Notes: generated by a model from the letters alone, not told the origin. Counted from the first letter of the stretch, positions 55,901 through 63,815 are shown. The stretch is DNA of 64,000 nucleotides from Solirubrobacteraceae bacterium (GCA_035948945.1 DASZIQ010000048.1:14253-78252); one strand, 5' to 3'. Translations and numbers: made by a program.

Positions 55901-56705
55901 CGGCGAGCCGCGGCTGGTGTGCATGGACGGGGTCAACTCGATGACCGGCAACCCGCCCGACATCCGCGCCTTTGCAGCGGTGGCGCGCGAACACGGCGCG
56001 CTGTTGTATGTCGACGACGCCCACGGCTTCGGTGTGATCGGCGAGCGCGGCCCCGCAGAGCGCTGCCCGTACGGGATGCGCGGCAACAGCATCGTCCGCT
56101 ACCACGGTGAGAGCTACGAGAGCCTGATCCTGGTGGGGGGCTTCTCCAAGTCGTACTCCTCGCTGCTGGCGTTCATCGCATGCCCCACCGAGATGAAGGA
56201 GGTGTTGAAGGTGGCGGCCCCTCCCTACCTCTACTCGGGGCCCTCCCCGGTCGCCTCGCTGGCCACGACGCTCGCGGGCTTCGACGTCAACGAGCGCCGC
56301 GGGGAGGAGCTGCGCGAGCGCGTGTGGACGCACACCAGCCGCGTGCTCGATCGCCTCGCGGGCCTTGGCGTCTTCACCCCCAACCAAGCCGGCATGCCGA
56401 TCGTCGAGGTGCCGCTGCGCGACCACGCGCGCATCGGGGAGGTGGGGCAGCTGCTGTTCGACCGCGGCGTGTACGTCACGCTTGCGGCCTACCCGCTGGT
56501 GCCCCGCGATGAGGTCGGCTTCCGCGTGCAGCTGACGGCGGCCAACACCGACGCCGAGGTCGACACGCTGATCGCCGCGCTGGAGGAGCTCGCCGGGCTG
56601 GGCGAGCTGCGGGCCGTGGAGCAGGAGAGCCCCCCAACGGTCGAGCGGGCGAGCGCTCCATCCGTCGAGCAGACGAGCGCCCCCCAAGCCGAGTCGGTGG
56701 CGTAA
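52911..56705 (+). CDS. Multidomain protein: polytopic membrane sensor (aa ~20-320) + GGDEF (aa ~333-495) + EAL (aa ~505-748) + Asn/Gly-rich linker + alpha-oxoamine synthase-type PLP domain (aa ~851-1235)
   Basis: One uninterrupted 1264-codon ORF. RATD I-site, GGDEF at nt 54144-54158, EAL at 54525-54533, DDFGTG, KIDRSF, EGIED, QGY. Then NYLGF, VDDAHGFGVIG, GGFSK (Lys codon 56148-56150). Confidence 0.8.
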   Translation: MRKSLLPLDSALGPRERRILGTVTAVLIALVVATGAHAIFGIGGSSVEEPIRDWITSAVYILVGVIVCWRAVRTTESRKSWMIFAFGISIYGLGNVLWAAWIEHLPNPPIPSICDGMWLTLYPCCYIGIVGLARLRERRVPARMWLDGIVAGLGIAAIGAAIVVRPVLATVSGGTAAVITEMAYPLCDLLLAALVVGVLALRGWRLDRMWAMLGAGFIALAAADCLYALQVAHGASAPSALTNMTYDIGVMLLALAAWQPGATIEADTVPSTAVLGIPAAFTVSALGLLVYDHFSRLDPIALTLAMLTMLAAFARIALTFRDVRALAETRRQAMTDDLTSMPNRRHFLRRVHDGIIASRATGASVALLLVDLDHFKELNDTLGHDAGDQLLCQVGERLRTVLRATDTAARLGGDEFGVLLAEPCDGATAALVAEKILKAIAQPFPIKDVGLRVTASIGIALFPENAENDEQLMQHADVAMYEAKAAQSGYARYARERDKHSLERLTLAGELSHALEAGEIEAHFQPKADAGSRRIVGVEALVRWQHPTRGLISPAEFVTVAEQAGLGRALTRRMLDLALTQVRVWRDEGFDLHVAVNTTVADLQDTQFPAEVAATLQAHGLPPEALVLEVTENMVLADPVRVGDVLAQLGELGLGLSLDDFGTGFSSLTHLKSLPVGEVKIDRSFVGRMTTDPVDAAIVQATIQLAHSIGIRVVAEGIEDQVTWSSLVANRCELVQGYALSRPLPAIDLDTLLRAQPQPVGALDQIADGRGQITELDATPLANGLGARDQTNGMGGREQRDGVDGQSQNGAGLGAPSSNGHNGNGHNGRPANRDSSEALRDLTALTRSHPMMDAVIEEIDGRMIRVGSQWLADFASCNYLGFDLDREIIDAVPAYLDTWGTHPSWSRLLGSPVLYEQIEQRLTALLGSADSLVLPTITHIHLSTIPVLAGSGTIFLDARAHKTVYDGCQMARARGATVKRFRFEDPQHLDELLRGARGEPRLVCMDGVNSMTGNPPDIRAFAAVAREHGALLYVDDAHGFGVIGERGPAERCPYGMRGNSIVRYHGESYESLILVGGFSKSYSSLLAFIACPTEMKEVLKVAAPPYLYSGPSPVASLATTLAGFDVNERRGEELRERVWTHTSRVLDRLAGLGVFTPNQAGMPIVEVPLRDHARIGEVGQLLFDRGVYVTLAAYPLVPRDEVGFRVQLTAANTDAEVDTLIAALEELAGLGELRAVEQESPPTVERASAPSVEQTSAPQAESVA

Positions 56706-56812
56706 GGAGCCGCGCCGCGGGCCCGCACGCGCTATGAAAATGCGCCATTCGCGGGAACCCCCCAGCCTCTTTCCCGTCAGACCTTGGTGGGGGACGTGAT
56801 GGTGAGTAAGGC

Positions 56813-58186
56813 ATGATCGCCCGCTACCGCGCACTGTTCTCCGCGCCGGGCGTCGGGCGGCTGCTGGTCAGCTCGGTGGTGGGGCGCCTGCCCTCGGGCA
56901 TGTTCTCGCTGGCGATCCTGTTGTTCGTCCACGGGACGACCGACTCCTTCCTGGCGGCCGGCCTCGCGGTCGGAGGGTTCTCGCTGGCGGGCGCACTGAT
57001 CGGCCCGCTGCTGGGGGCGCAGGTGGATCGGCACGGGCAGACGCGGGTGCTGCTGGGAGCCGCCGTGGCCCAGGCGGGGCTGCTGGTGGCGCTGGTGCTC
57101 GTCACCCGGGCAGGCGCGCCTGTGGCGGCCACTGTCGCGCTCGCGGCACTTGCAGGTGGCGCACTGCCGCCGATCGGGGGCTGCGTGCGCGCGCTGTGGC
57201 CGGAGGTCGCCCACGGCGAGGAGCTGCAGACCGCCTACGCCCTGGACGCGACCACCCAGGAGACGATCTGGACGCTCGGCCCGCTGCTGGTGGGCCTCAC
57301 CGCGGGGTTCGTCTCGCCGGCCGCGGCGGTGCTGCTGTGCGCGGCGCTGGCGGTGCTCGGGACCAGCTACTTCGCGACCTCCAGGATCTCCCGCGGCTGG
57401 CGCGCGGATCGGCGCGAGCGCAGGCGAGGAGGCGCGCTGGGCGGCAGCTCCAGCCTGCGCATGCTGCTTTACACGGTCGTGCTCGCCGGCGTGGTGATCG
57501 GAGCGGTCGAGGTGGGGCTGCCCGCGCTGGCGGTGGGACAGGGCGCGCGCTGGTCCTCCGGCCCGCTGCTGGCCCTGTTCAGCCTCGGCAGCATGGCCGG
57601 CGGCCTGATCTACTCCGCCAGGAGCTGGACGAGCGCGATCGGCCGGCGCTACAGCGCGATCCTGATGGCGATGGCGCTCGCGGTGGCGCCGTTGATCGCG
57701 GTGCACTCGCTCGCCCCGGTGTTCGCCCTCAGCGTGCTCGCCGGGCTCTGCCTGGCGCCGATGATGTCCTGTCAATTCTCGCTCGTCGGCGCGCTCGCGC
57801 CGGAGGGCACCGTCACAGAGGCGTTCACCTGGCATCGCGCCGCCACGGTCGCCGGCATGGCCGGGGGATCGGCGTTGGCGGGGTCGCTGATCGACGCCCG
57901 TGGCGCCGGCGCCGCATTCGCGCTGGGCTGCGTGGGCGTGGCGGCGGCCGGGGTGCTCGCGGTGGCCGGACGCCGGCGCATCGAACCTCAAAAAAGGGCG
58001 ATCACCGAGGGCCCGGTGCCGTTCAGGCTGGCGGCCGAGGCGGTGGCGCTCGCGGCGGAGGCGGTGGCGCTGGCCGCGGAGGCGCCGCTCGCTCCGACCG
58101 CCGAGCAGCCGCGGGTGGGTGGGCCTCTCATCCTTGCAGCCGAGGCAGTGGGGCTTGCAGCGGAGGCGGTGGCGAGCGCCGCGTGA
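56813..58186 (+). CDS. MFS transporter with C-terminal AAEAVAL heptad-repeat tail
   Basis: 12-TM-like profile. 21-nt tandem repeats at 58031-58183. Confidence 0.8.
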   Translation: MIARYRALFSAPGVGRLLVSSVVGRLPSGMFSLAILLFVHGTTDSFLAAGLAVGGFSLAGALIGPLLGAQVDRHGQTRVLLGAAVAQAGLLVALVLVTRAGAPVAATVALAALAGGALPPIGGCVRALWPEVAHGEELQTAYALDATTQETIWTLGPLLVGLTAGFVSPAAAVLLCAALAVLGTSYFATSRISRGWRADRRERRRGGALGGSSSLRMLLYTVVLAGVVIGAVEVGLPALAVGQGARWSSGPLLALFSLGSMAGGLIYSARSWTSAIGRRYSAILMAMALAVAPLIAVHSLAPVFALSVLAGLCLAPMMSCQFSLVGALAPEGTVTEAFTWHRAATVAGMAGGSALAGSLIDARGAGAAFALGCVGVAAAGVLAVAGRRRIEPQKRAITEGPVPFRLAAEAVALAAEAVALAAEAPLAPTAEQPRVGGPLILAAEAVGLAAEAVASAA

Positions 58187-58952
58187 GGCGGTGGGGCGCC
58201 AGCGCCGCCCCCCCTGGCGTGGTCTTGGTGAGGCGCGCATACACCAGCAGCCGTTCGGCGGCGCTGAACAGGGGCGTGCAGGCAGAGAGCACGAGGCGGC
58301 TGTAGCCGGCGTGACGGATTGCCGAGGCCACATCGGAGGGCAGGACGCTGCGGTGCCCGATCACCGTGTAGAGGAAGTGCGCGTAGGGCATGTCCACCAC
58401 GATCCGATCCCCGCGGCGCAGCTCGTCGATGTGGCGGAAGGGCGCCAGGAAGGTGGTGCGGTGGCCGGCGATCGCGGTGGTGCCCCCCAGGCCGGGGAAG
58501 CGCGTGCCCGGGTAGCTGCTCTGCGTGTAGATCCCCGGCCCCCGCTCTAGTTCTTCGGTGCCGGTGCCGTACACCAGCACGAAGTCGGCGCCGATGCGCG
58601 GGATGCGGATGGAGCCCACGGCGCTGCCGAGGGCCGCGTGACGGGCAAGCTCGCTCGCCAGGAAGGCGACGCGGCCGCGCTCGTCCGCGAGCTCCAGCAG
58701 GCGCGCGTTCTCCCGCGCGGTGGGCTTGGCATGTTCGAGCTCGTGCAGCGCGCCCCGCAGGTGGTCCTGCTGCAACGTGGCATACAACGCCGAGAACGGC
58801 TCCTGCCACACCAGCGTGACGCCCACGTCGAGCAGCGCCAGCGCCCCCAGGACGATCAGCGCGCTCGAGAGCGCCCGCAGCGCGCGGCGCCCGCGCGCGG
58901 GGTCCCGGCGGCCGTGCACGGGTGGGCTGAGGAGGGTCTCGGACACGATCAC
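58128..58952 (-). CDS. Class E-like sortase (transpeptidase)
   Basis: N-terminal TM (ALSSALIVLGALALL), TAIAGHRTT His, LVLSACTP Cys (TLxTC-type), downstream Arg. GTG 58952 overlaps the upstream stop (GTGA). The 3' end overlaps the convergent MFS gene by 59 nt. Confidence 0.8.
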   Translation of the reverse strand: MIVSETLLSPPVHGRRDPARGRRALRALSSALIVLGALALLDVGVTLVWQEPFSALYATLQQDHLRGALHELEHAKPTARENARLLELADERGRVAFLASELARHAALGSAVGSIRIPRIGADFVLVYGTGTEELERGPGIYTQSSYPGTRFPGLGGTTAIAGHRTTFLAPFRHIDELRRGDRIVVDMPYAHFLYTVIGHRSVLPSDVASAIRHAGYSRLVLSACTPLFSAAERLLVYARLTKTTPGGAALAPHRLTRRSPPPPLQAPLPRLQG

Positions 58953-61048
58953 CGTCGCAGCGCGGACTGGGTGCCGACCGAAGCTGGGAGACACGCGCCT
59001 TTGGCGCTGGCCGATTTGGGGATGCGAGCGAAGCGAGTGTCTCCCCAATCGGTCCCCATTTCGGCCAGCGACCCGGGTCCAGCATAGGACAGCGGCCCGC
59101 GACCGAAGCCGGGAGACGCGAGCCGGTGACCGAAGCCGGGTGACACGCGCCTTCGGCGCGAGTCCCCGTTTCGGCCAGCATCCCCGTTTCGGCCAACGAT
59201 CGGCTCGCGATCGCCGGGCCACTCATGCGGCTCGCCGGCGTCGTCCTCGTTGGCGACGCGCGGGGCGAGCGCCACCAGCAGCGCCGCCGCGAGACAGCCG
59301 CAGGCGACGGACCACAGCACCGCGCCGGCGAACCCGATGCGCCCGCCGGCGAGCAGCAGCAGCGCGGTGTGCGCCACGCCTCCGGGCCCCAGGTGGAGCT
59401 GGTGAGCGTAGAAGGCCACAAGCAGCGCGAGCGGCGCCACGCCGAGCGCGACCAGCGCGAGCGCCTGGATGCGGCCCCCGCCGGCCCTGCCCCCGCCCGC
59501 GCCGACGCCGCGCCCGCCTGCACCCCACGCGCCGGGCGGCGCGGCGGCGAATATCAGCCACAGGTTCAATGCCGGCAGGAGCAGCAGCGCGGTGAACGGA
59601 TCGGACACCCATACCACCACCGTGAGGCCGCCTAGCACGAGCAGCATCCCGAGCGCCGCGGCGTCGCCCTGCGGACGCACCGGGAGTGCGAGCCGGCGCA
59701 TCAGCGCCGGCCACGCCAGCCAGGCGAGCACCAGCACGAGCGCGCTCGCCAGCACCGCCTCCAGGGCGTGGCCGTCGAACGGGAGCGCCGCTTCGGAGAC
59801 GGGCGGGCGCGGCGCGGGGATCGCGCCGAGCGAGCCCAGCAGGATCGCGAACAGCGCACAGGCGAGGAACGGGAGCGCGCACGCCAGCGCCCACACCACC
59901 CAGCGCCCGGCCGATCGATCGGAGGCGCCGCGGGTCGGCCCGCGGCGCCGGCGCAGGCGCGCGAGGCCGTCCCCGAGCACCGCCAGCGCCGGCAGCAGCA
60001 GCGCCGCGACCAGCAGGCGCAGCGCCCACGCGGGGATCGCCTTCTGCTGGATCGGCAGCCCCGTTTCGAGGCCGCTCTCATTCGCTTCGCCGCCGCCGAT
60101 CGTAGGCCCGCCGTCCAGCGCGTACACGGCGGCGAGCGCCGCGCGCCCGAGCGCTTCCAGGCGTCCCGCGCTCACCGGTTCGCCGGCCGGGGGAGCCTGT
60201 TCGCCGCCGGCTCCCACCAGCACCGCGGGCAGCCCGTGGGCATCGAGCGAGCTCTGTTCGCCGCCGGCGAGCGGGAAGGCGAGGTGCGCGAGCTGCGTGA
60301 GCATCCCGGGGGCGGCGGTCGAGCCCCCCGCCTGCTGCGCGACCGCCGCCGCCACGGTGCTCTGCAACAGCGCCGGCGCCGAGCCCGCAGAGGCCGAGAA
60401 CGACGCCACCTCGGGCCCGGACGCGCGCGTGCCCGCGAGATCGCCGAGCACCAGCGCGGCGTCGAAGCGGCCGCCCAGGATTTCGCTCGCGTGCGCCGCG
60501 AAGTCCGCGGCCCCTCCGTTCCCGCCCGAGCCGCCGCTGGTCGAGACCAGCACGATCGCATGCTGCGTCTCGCCGGCGGCGAGCACCCGCGCGAGTTCGA
60601 GCAGCGCCGCGGTGGCGGACAGCTCCGCCTTTGATGGGAACCCACCCGCCCCGGCGGCGTCGCGGTGGGCGAGGATCACGATCGGCGTCTCCCCCGTGGT
60701 GCCAGGCCGTTGCGCGATCACGGTGGTGAGCGTGCGCTCCCCGTCGATCGTCTGCGCGCGCACGCTGCGCGTGCTCACCGCGAAGCCACCCTTGGCGGCG
60801 CCCCCCAACCCCCGCAGCGTCCCCGCCACGTACGCGGCGAGCCGCTGGTCGCCCGCGCTGCCGGGGCGGCGTTCGGGAAACTGCCGGGCGAGCCCTTGCA
60901 GCGTGGCGAAGGCGCGCGCGCCTTCGAAGGCGTCGGGAGCAAGGTTGGAGCCGAGCGGCGCGGTGCGCCCGGTGAGCGAGAAGCCCGCGATCACCAACGC
61001 GAACAGCAGCGGGGCGAACGCTGCGCGATAGATGCGTCCGTTGAGCAC
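58949..61048 (-). CDS. Polytopic membrane protein with M28-peptidase-like extracytoplasmic domain (metal ligands appear degenerate)
   Basis: PIVILAHRDA and ALLELARVL resemble M28, but the expected Asp and Glu-Glu ligand positions are not conserved by eye. Start set at GTG 61048 because the longer ORF overlaps treT. C-terminal ~85 aa are encoded by REP-like elements. Confidence 0.55.
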   Translation of the reverse strand: MLNGRIYRAAFAPLLFALVIAGFSLTGRTAPLGSNLAPDAFEGARAFATLQGLARQFPERRPGSAGDQRLAAYVAGTLRGLGGAAKGGFAVSTRSVRAQTIDGERTLTTVIAQRPGTTGETPIVILAHRDAAGAGGFPSKAELSATAALLELARVLAAGETQHAIVLVSTSGGSGGNGGAADFAAHASEILGGRFDAALVLGDLAGTRASGPEVASFSASAGSAPALLQSTVAAAVAQQAGGSTAAPGMLTQLAHLAFPLAGGEQSSLDAHGLPAVLVGAGGEQAPPAGEPVSAGRLEALGRAALAAVYALDGGPTIGGGEANESGLETGLPIQQKAIPAWALRLLVAALLLPALAVLGDGLARLRRRRGPTRGASDRSAGRWVVWALACALPFLACALFAILLGSLGAIPAPRPPVSEAALPFDGHALEAVLASALVLVLAWLAWPALMRRLALPVRPQGDAAALGMLLVLGGLTVVVWVSDPFTALLLLPALNLWLIFAAAPPGAWGAGGRGVGAGGGRAGGGRIQALALVALGVAPLALLVAFYAHQLHLGPGGVAHTALLLLAGGRIGFAGAVLWSVACGCLAAALLVALAPRVANEDDAGEPHEWPGDREPIVGRNGDAGRNGDSRRRRVSPGFGHRLASPGFGRGPLSYAGPGSLAEMGTDWGDTRFARIPKSASAKGACLPASVGTQSALRR
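58976..59198. repeat. Cluster of REP-like palindromic elements (at least 3 full or partial units)
   Basis: Best unit is 59128-59176, GACCGAAGCCGGGTGACACGCGCCTTCGGCGCGAGTCCCCGTTTCGGCC. Partial units at 59099-59127 and 59181-59194. Composite unit at 58976-59068 with a nested hairpin, CCGATTTGGGGA...TCCCCAATCGG. Confidence 0.85.
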
Positions 61049-61096
61049 CTCGAAGAGAGTAACCCGGGGCGCCTGGAGTATCGGTATCGTGCGCGC

Positions 61097-62332
61097 GTGC
61101 TCCAGCCCGTCGCCGTCGGAACGAAGACGCTCGCCGATTACACCCACATCTGCGGGCGCGACCTGATCGATGAGATCCGCGAGCTGGCGGAGCCGCTGAA
61201 GGGCAGCCGCGTGGCGCACGTCTCCGCGACGGCGTTCGGTGGAGGGGTGTCGGAGATCCTGTACACGCTGGTGCCGCTGATGCGCGACGTGGGGTTGGAG
61301 TGCGAATGGCAGGTGATCTACGGGCGTGAGGAATTCTTCAACGCGACCAAGCTGATGCACAACGCTCTGCAGGGCGCCCCCGAGGACCTCGACGAGGAGC
61401 AGTGGGAGACTTGGCGGCGCTACAACGAGATGAACGCCCGCGAGCTGTCCGGCGGGTGGGACGTGTGCCTGATCCACGACCCCCAGCCCGCCGCGCTGCA
61501 CAGCCTCGTGCCGGGCAAGGCGAAGGGGTGGGTGTGGCGCTGCCACATCGACCTCTCCACGCCCAACCCGGAGACGATCGCGCACCTGATGCCCTACATC
61601 GAGGACTACCCCCAGTCGCTGTTCCATATGCGCGAGTACGTGCCGCCGGGGATGACCGGCCATGTCAACATCGTGCCGCCCGCGATCGACCCGCTGACGC
61701 CGAAGAACATGGGGCTCTCGCCGGAAGACGCCGCGTACGTGTGCGGCCAGTTCGGGATCGACGTGGACCGGCCGCTGATGTGCCAGGTGTCGCGCTTCGA
61801 CCCGTGGAAGGACCCGTTAGGGGTGATCGACGCGTATCGCATCGTCAAGGAGCGGGTGCCCACGGCGCAGCTGGCGCTGGTGGGGTCGATGGCGAGCGAC
61901 GACCCCGAGGGGTGGGACTTCTTCAACGCGACGATCGCCCACGCCGACGGCGACCCCGACATACACATCCTCAACAACTTCAACAACGTGGGGGCGATCG
62001 AGGTCAACGCGTTCCAGTCGCACGCCGACGTGATGATCCAGAAGTCCACGCGCGAGGGCTTCGGCCTGACCGTCTCGGAGGCGATCTGGAAGGCGCGCCC
62101 GTTCATCGGGGGCGCCGTCGGCGGGATCCCGCTGCAGATCGAGGACGGGGTCACCGGCTTCCTCGTGTCGAGCACCGAGGCGTGCGCCGAGCGCACGCAC
62201 GAGATCCTCGAGGACCCGGCGCTCGGCAAGTCGCTCGGCAAACGCGGCAAGGAGCACGTGCGCGCCAACTTCCTCACGCCGCGCTACCTTCGGGACTACT
62301 TGAAGATCTTCAACGAGCTACGAGAGTCATGA
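61097..62332 (+). CDS. treT: Trehalose glycosyltransferring synthase (TreT, GT4)
   Basis: 412 aa from GTG 61097. Long collinear similarity to archaeal TreT as I recall it (VNSTSFGGGV, FFNVTK.FHNALQG, HDPQPAAL, WRCHIDLS, QVSRFDPWK, DDPEGW, REGFGLTV.EA.WK). Confidence 0.85.
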   Translation: MLQPVAVGTKTLADYTHICGRDLIDEIRELAEPLKGSRVAHVSATAFGGGVSEILYTLVPLMRDVGLECEWQVIYGREEFFNATKLMHNALQGAPEDLDEEQWETWRRYNEMNARELSGGWDVCLIHDPQPAALHSLVPGKAKGWVWRCHIDLSTPNPETIAHLMPYIEDYPQSLFHMREYVPPGMTGHVNIVPPAIDPLTPKNMGLSPEDAAYVCGQFGIDVDRPLMCQVSRFDPWKDPLGVIDAYRIVKERVPTAQLALVGSMASDDPEGWDFFNATIAHADGDPDIHILNNFNNVGAIEVNAFQSHADVMIQKSTREGFGLTVSEAIWKARPFIGGAVGGIPLQIEDGVTGFLVSSTEACAERTHEILEDPALGKSLGKRGKEHVRANFLTPRYLRDYLKIFNELRES

Positions 62333-63795
62333 GCGAGGCACCGGCACAGCGAGCCCCGCTGGTGCTGGTGAGCAACCGGGGGCCGGTGACCTTCCAGGCG
62401 GGCGGCGAGGTGCAGCGCGGCTCGGGCGGCCTGGTAACGGCGCTGACCGGGCTGGCGTCGCACCGCGAGGCGGTGTGGATCGCCTCGGCGATGAGCGAGC
62501 AGGACCTGGAGGTCTCGCGCGGCCATGGCGGCCGCGCGTTCCCCGTGCGCTCGCCCGCGGGCGAAGAGTTCCAGGTGCGCTTGGTGGCGAGCGACCCCGA
62601 GGCGTACGACCGCTTCTACAACGTGTTCGCCAACCCGATGCTGTGGTTCATCCAGCACTACCTGTGGGACCTGTCGAACGCGCCCGACATCCGCCGCCAC
62701 GAGATCGAGGCGTTCGAGTTCGGCTACAACGTCGTCAACGAGGACCTCGCGCGCGCCGTGGTGGAGGAGCTGGAGGGGACGCGCGAGCCGGTGGTGATGG
62801 TGCACGACTACCACCTGTACACGCTCCCCGACCTCGTGCGCCGCGCGCGCCCGGACGTGTTCCTGCACCACTTCATCCACATCCCGTGGACGCAGTCGGA
62901 CGCGTGGCGGGTGCTGCCCTCGCGGATTCGCGAGGAGATCTTCGCGGGCCTGCTCGCGAACGACATCATCGGCTTTCACACCCGCTCTTACCGGCGCAAC
63001 TTTCTGCAGTGCTGCGCCGACCTGATGGACCTCGAGGTGGACTTCGAGCGCGGCAGCGTGCGCTACGGCGAGCGCGAGGTGTGGGTGCGGGCCTACCCGC
63101 TGCCGATCGACCACCGCGCGACCCGGCGGATCGCCGCGGGCGCGCGCGTGCAGACGCTCGAGCGCGAGCTGTTGGCGCGCCGGCGGGACTTCCTGATCCT
63201 GCGCGTGGACCGCGCCGACCTCTCGAAGAACGTGCTGAGGGGCTTCTCCGCGTTCGACCTGTTCCTCGAGCAGCACCCCGAGTTCTCCGAGCGCGTGACG
63301 TTCGTCGCGCAGCTGATGCCCTCGCGTACGGACGTGCCCCAGTACGCCGAGTACCTGGAGCGGATCGAGGCGCTGGTGGCCGTCGTCAACCACCGTCACG
63401 GCACGCCCGACTGGATGCCGATTCAGCTGAAGCTGCGCGACGACCTGGAGGAGGCGATGGCCGCGTACAAGCACTACGACGTGCTGCTCGTCAACGCGAT
63501 GTTCGACGGCATGAACCTCGTCGCCAAGGAGGGCCCGCTGGTCAACGAGCGCGAGGGGGTGTCGATCCTCTCCGAGAACACGGGCGCGCACGAGGAGCTG
63601 GGGGAGTACGCGCTGTCGGTCAACCCGTTCGACATCCAGGAGCTGGCGGACTCGATCTTCGCAGCGCTCACGATGGCGCCCGCCGAGCGCCATCGCCGCG
63701 CGCAGGGGCTGGCGGAGATCGTCACCTCGCGCGATCCCGGCGACTGGATCGACGAGCAGCTGGCGGACATCCGCGCGAAGGGCGCGTCGCGGTAG
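62329..63795 (+). CDS. otsA: Trehalose-6-phosphate synthase (GT20)
   Basis: LVLVSNRGP, ANPMLWF, VHDYHL, GFHT, ILRVDRADLSKN, NAMFDGMNLVAKE. ATG overlaps the treT stop (ATGA). Confidence 0.9.
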   Translation: MSEAPAQRAPLVLVSNRGPVTFQAGGEVQRGSGGLVTALTGLASHREAVWIASAMSEQDLEVSRGHGGRAFPVRSPAGEEFQVRLVASDPEAYDRFYNVFANPMLWFIQHYLWDLSNAPDIRRHEIEAFEFGYNVVNEDLARAVVEELEGTREPVVMVHDYHLYTLPDLVRRARPDVFLHHFIHIPWTQSDAWRVLPSRIREEIFAGLLANDIIGFHTRSYRRNFLQCCADLMDLEVDFERGSVRYGEREVWVRAYPLPIDHRATRRIAAGARVQTLERELLARRRDFLILRVDRADLSKNVLRGFSAFDLFLEQHPEFSERVTFVAQLMPSRTDVPQYAEYLERIEALVAVVNHRHGTPDWMPIQLKLRDDLEEAMAAYKHYDVLLVNAMFDGMNLVAKEGPLVNEREGVSILSENTGAHEELGEYALSVNPFDIQELADSIFAALTMAPAERHRRAQGLAEIVTSRDPGDWIDEQLADIRAKGASR

Positions 63796-63815
63796 GGGTG
63801 GGATGGGATGAGGAC

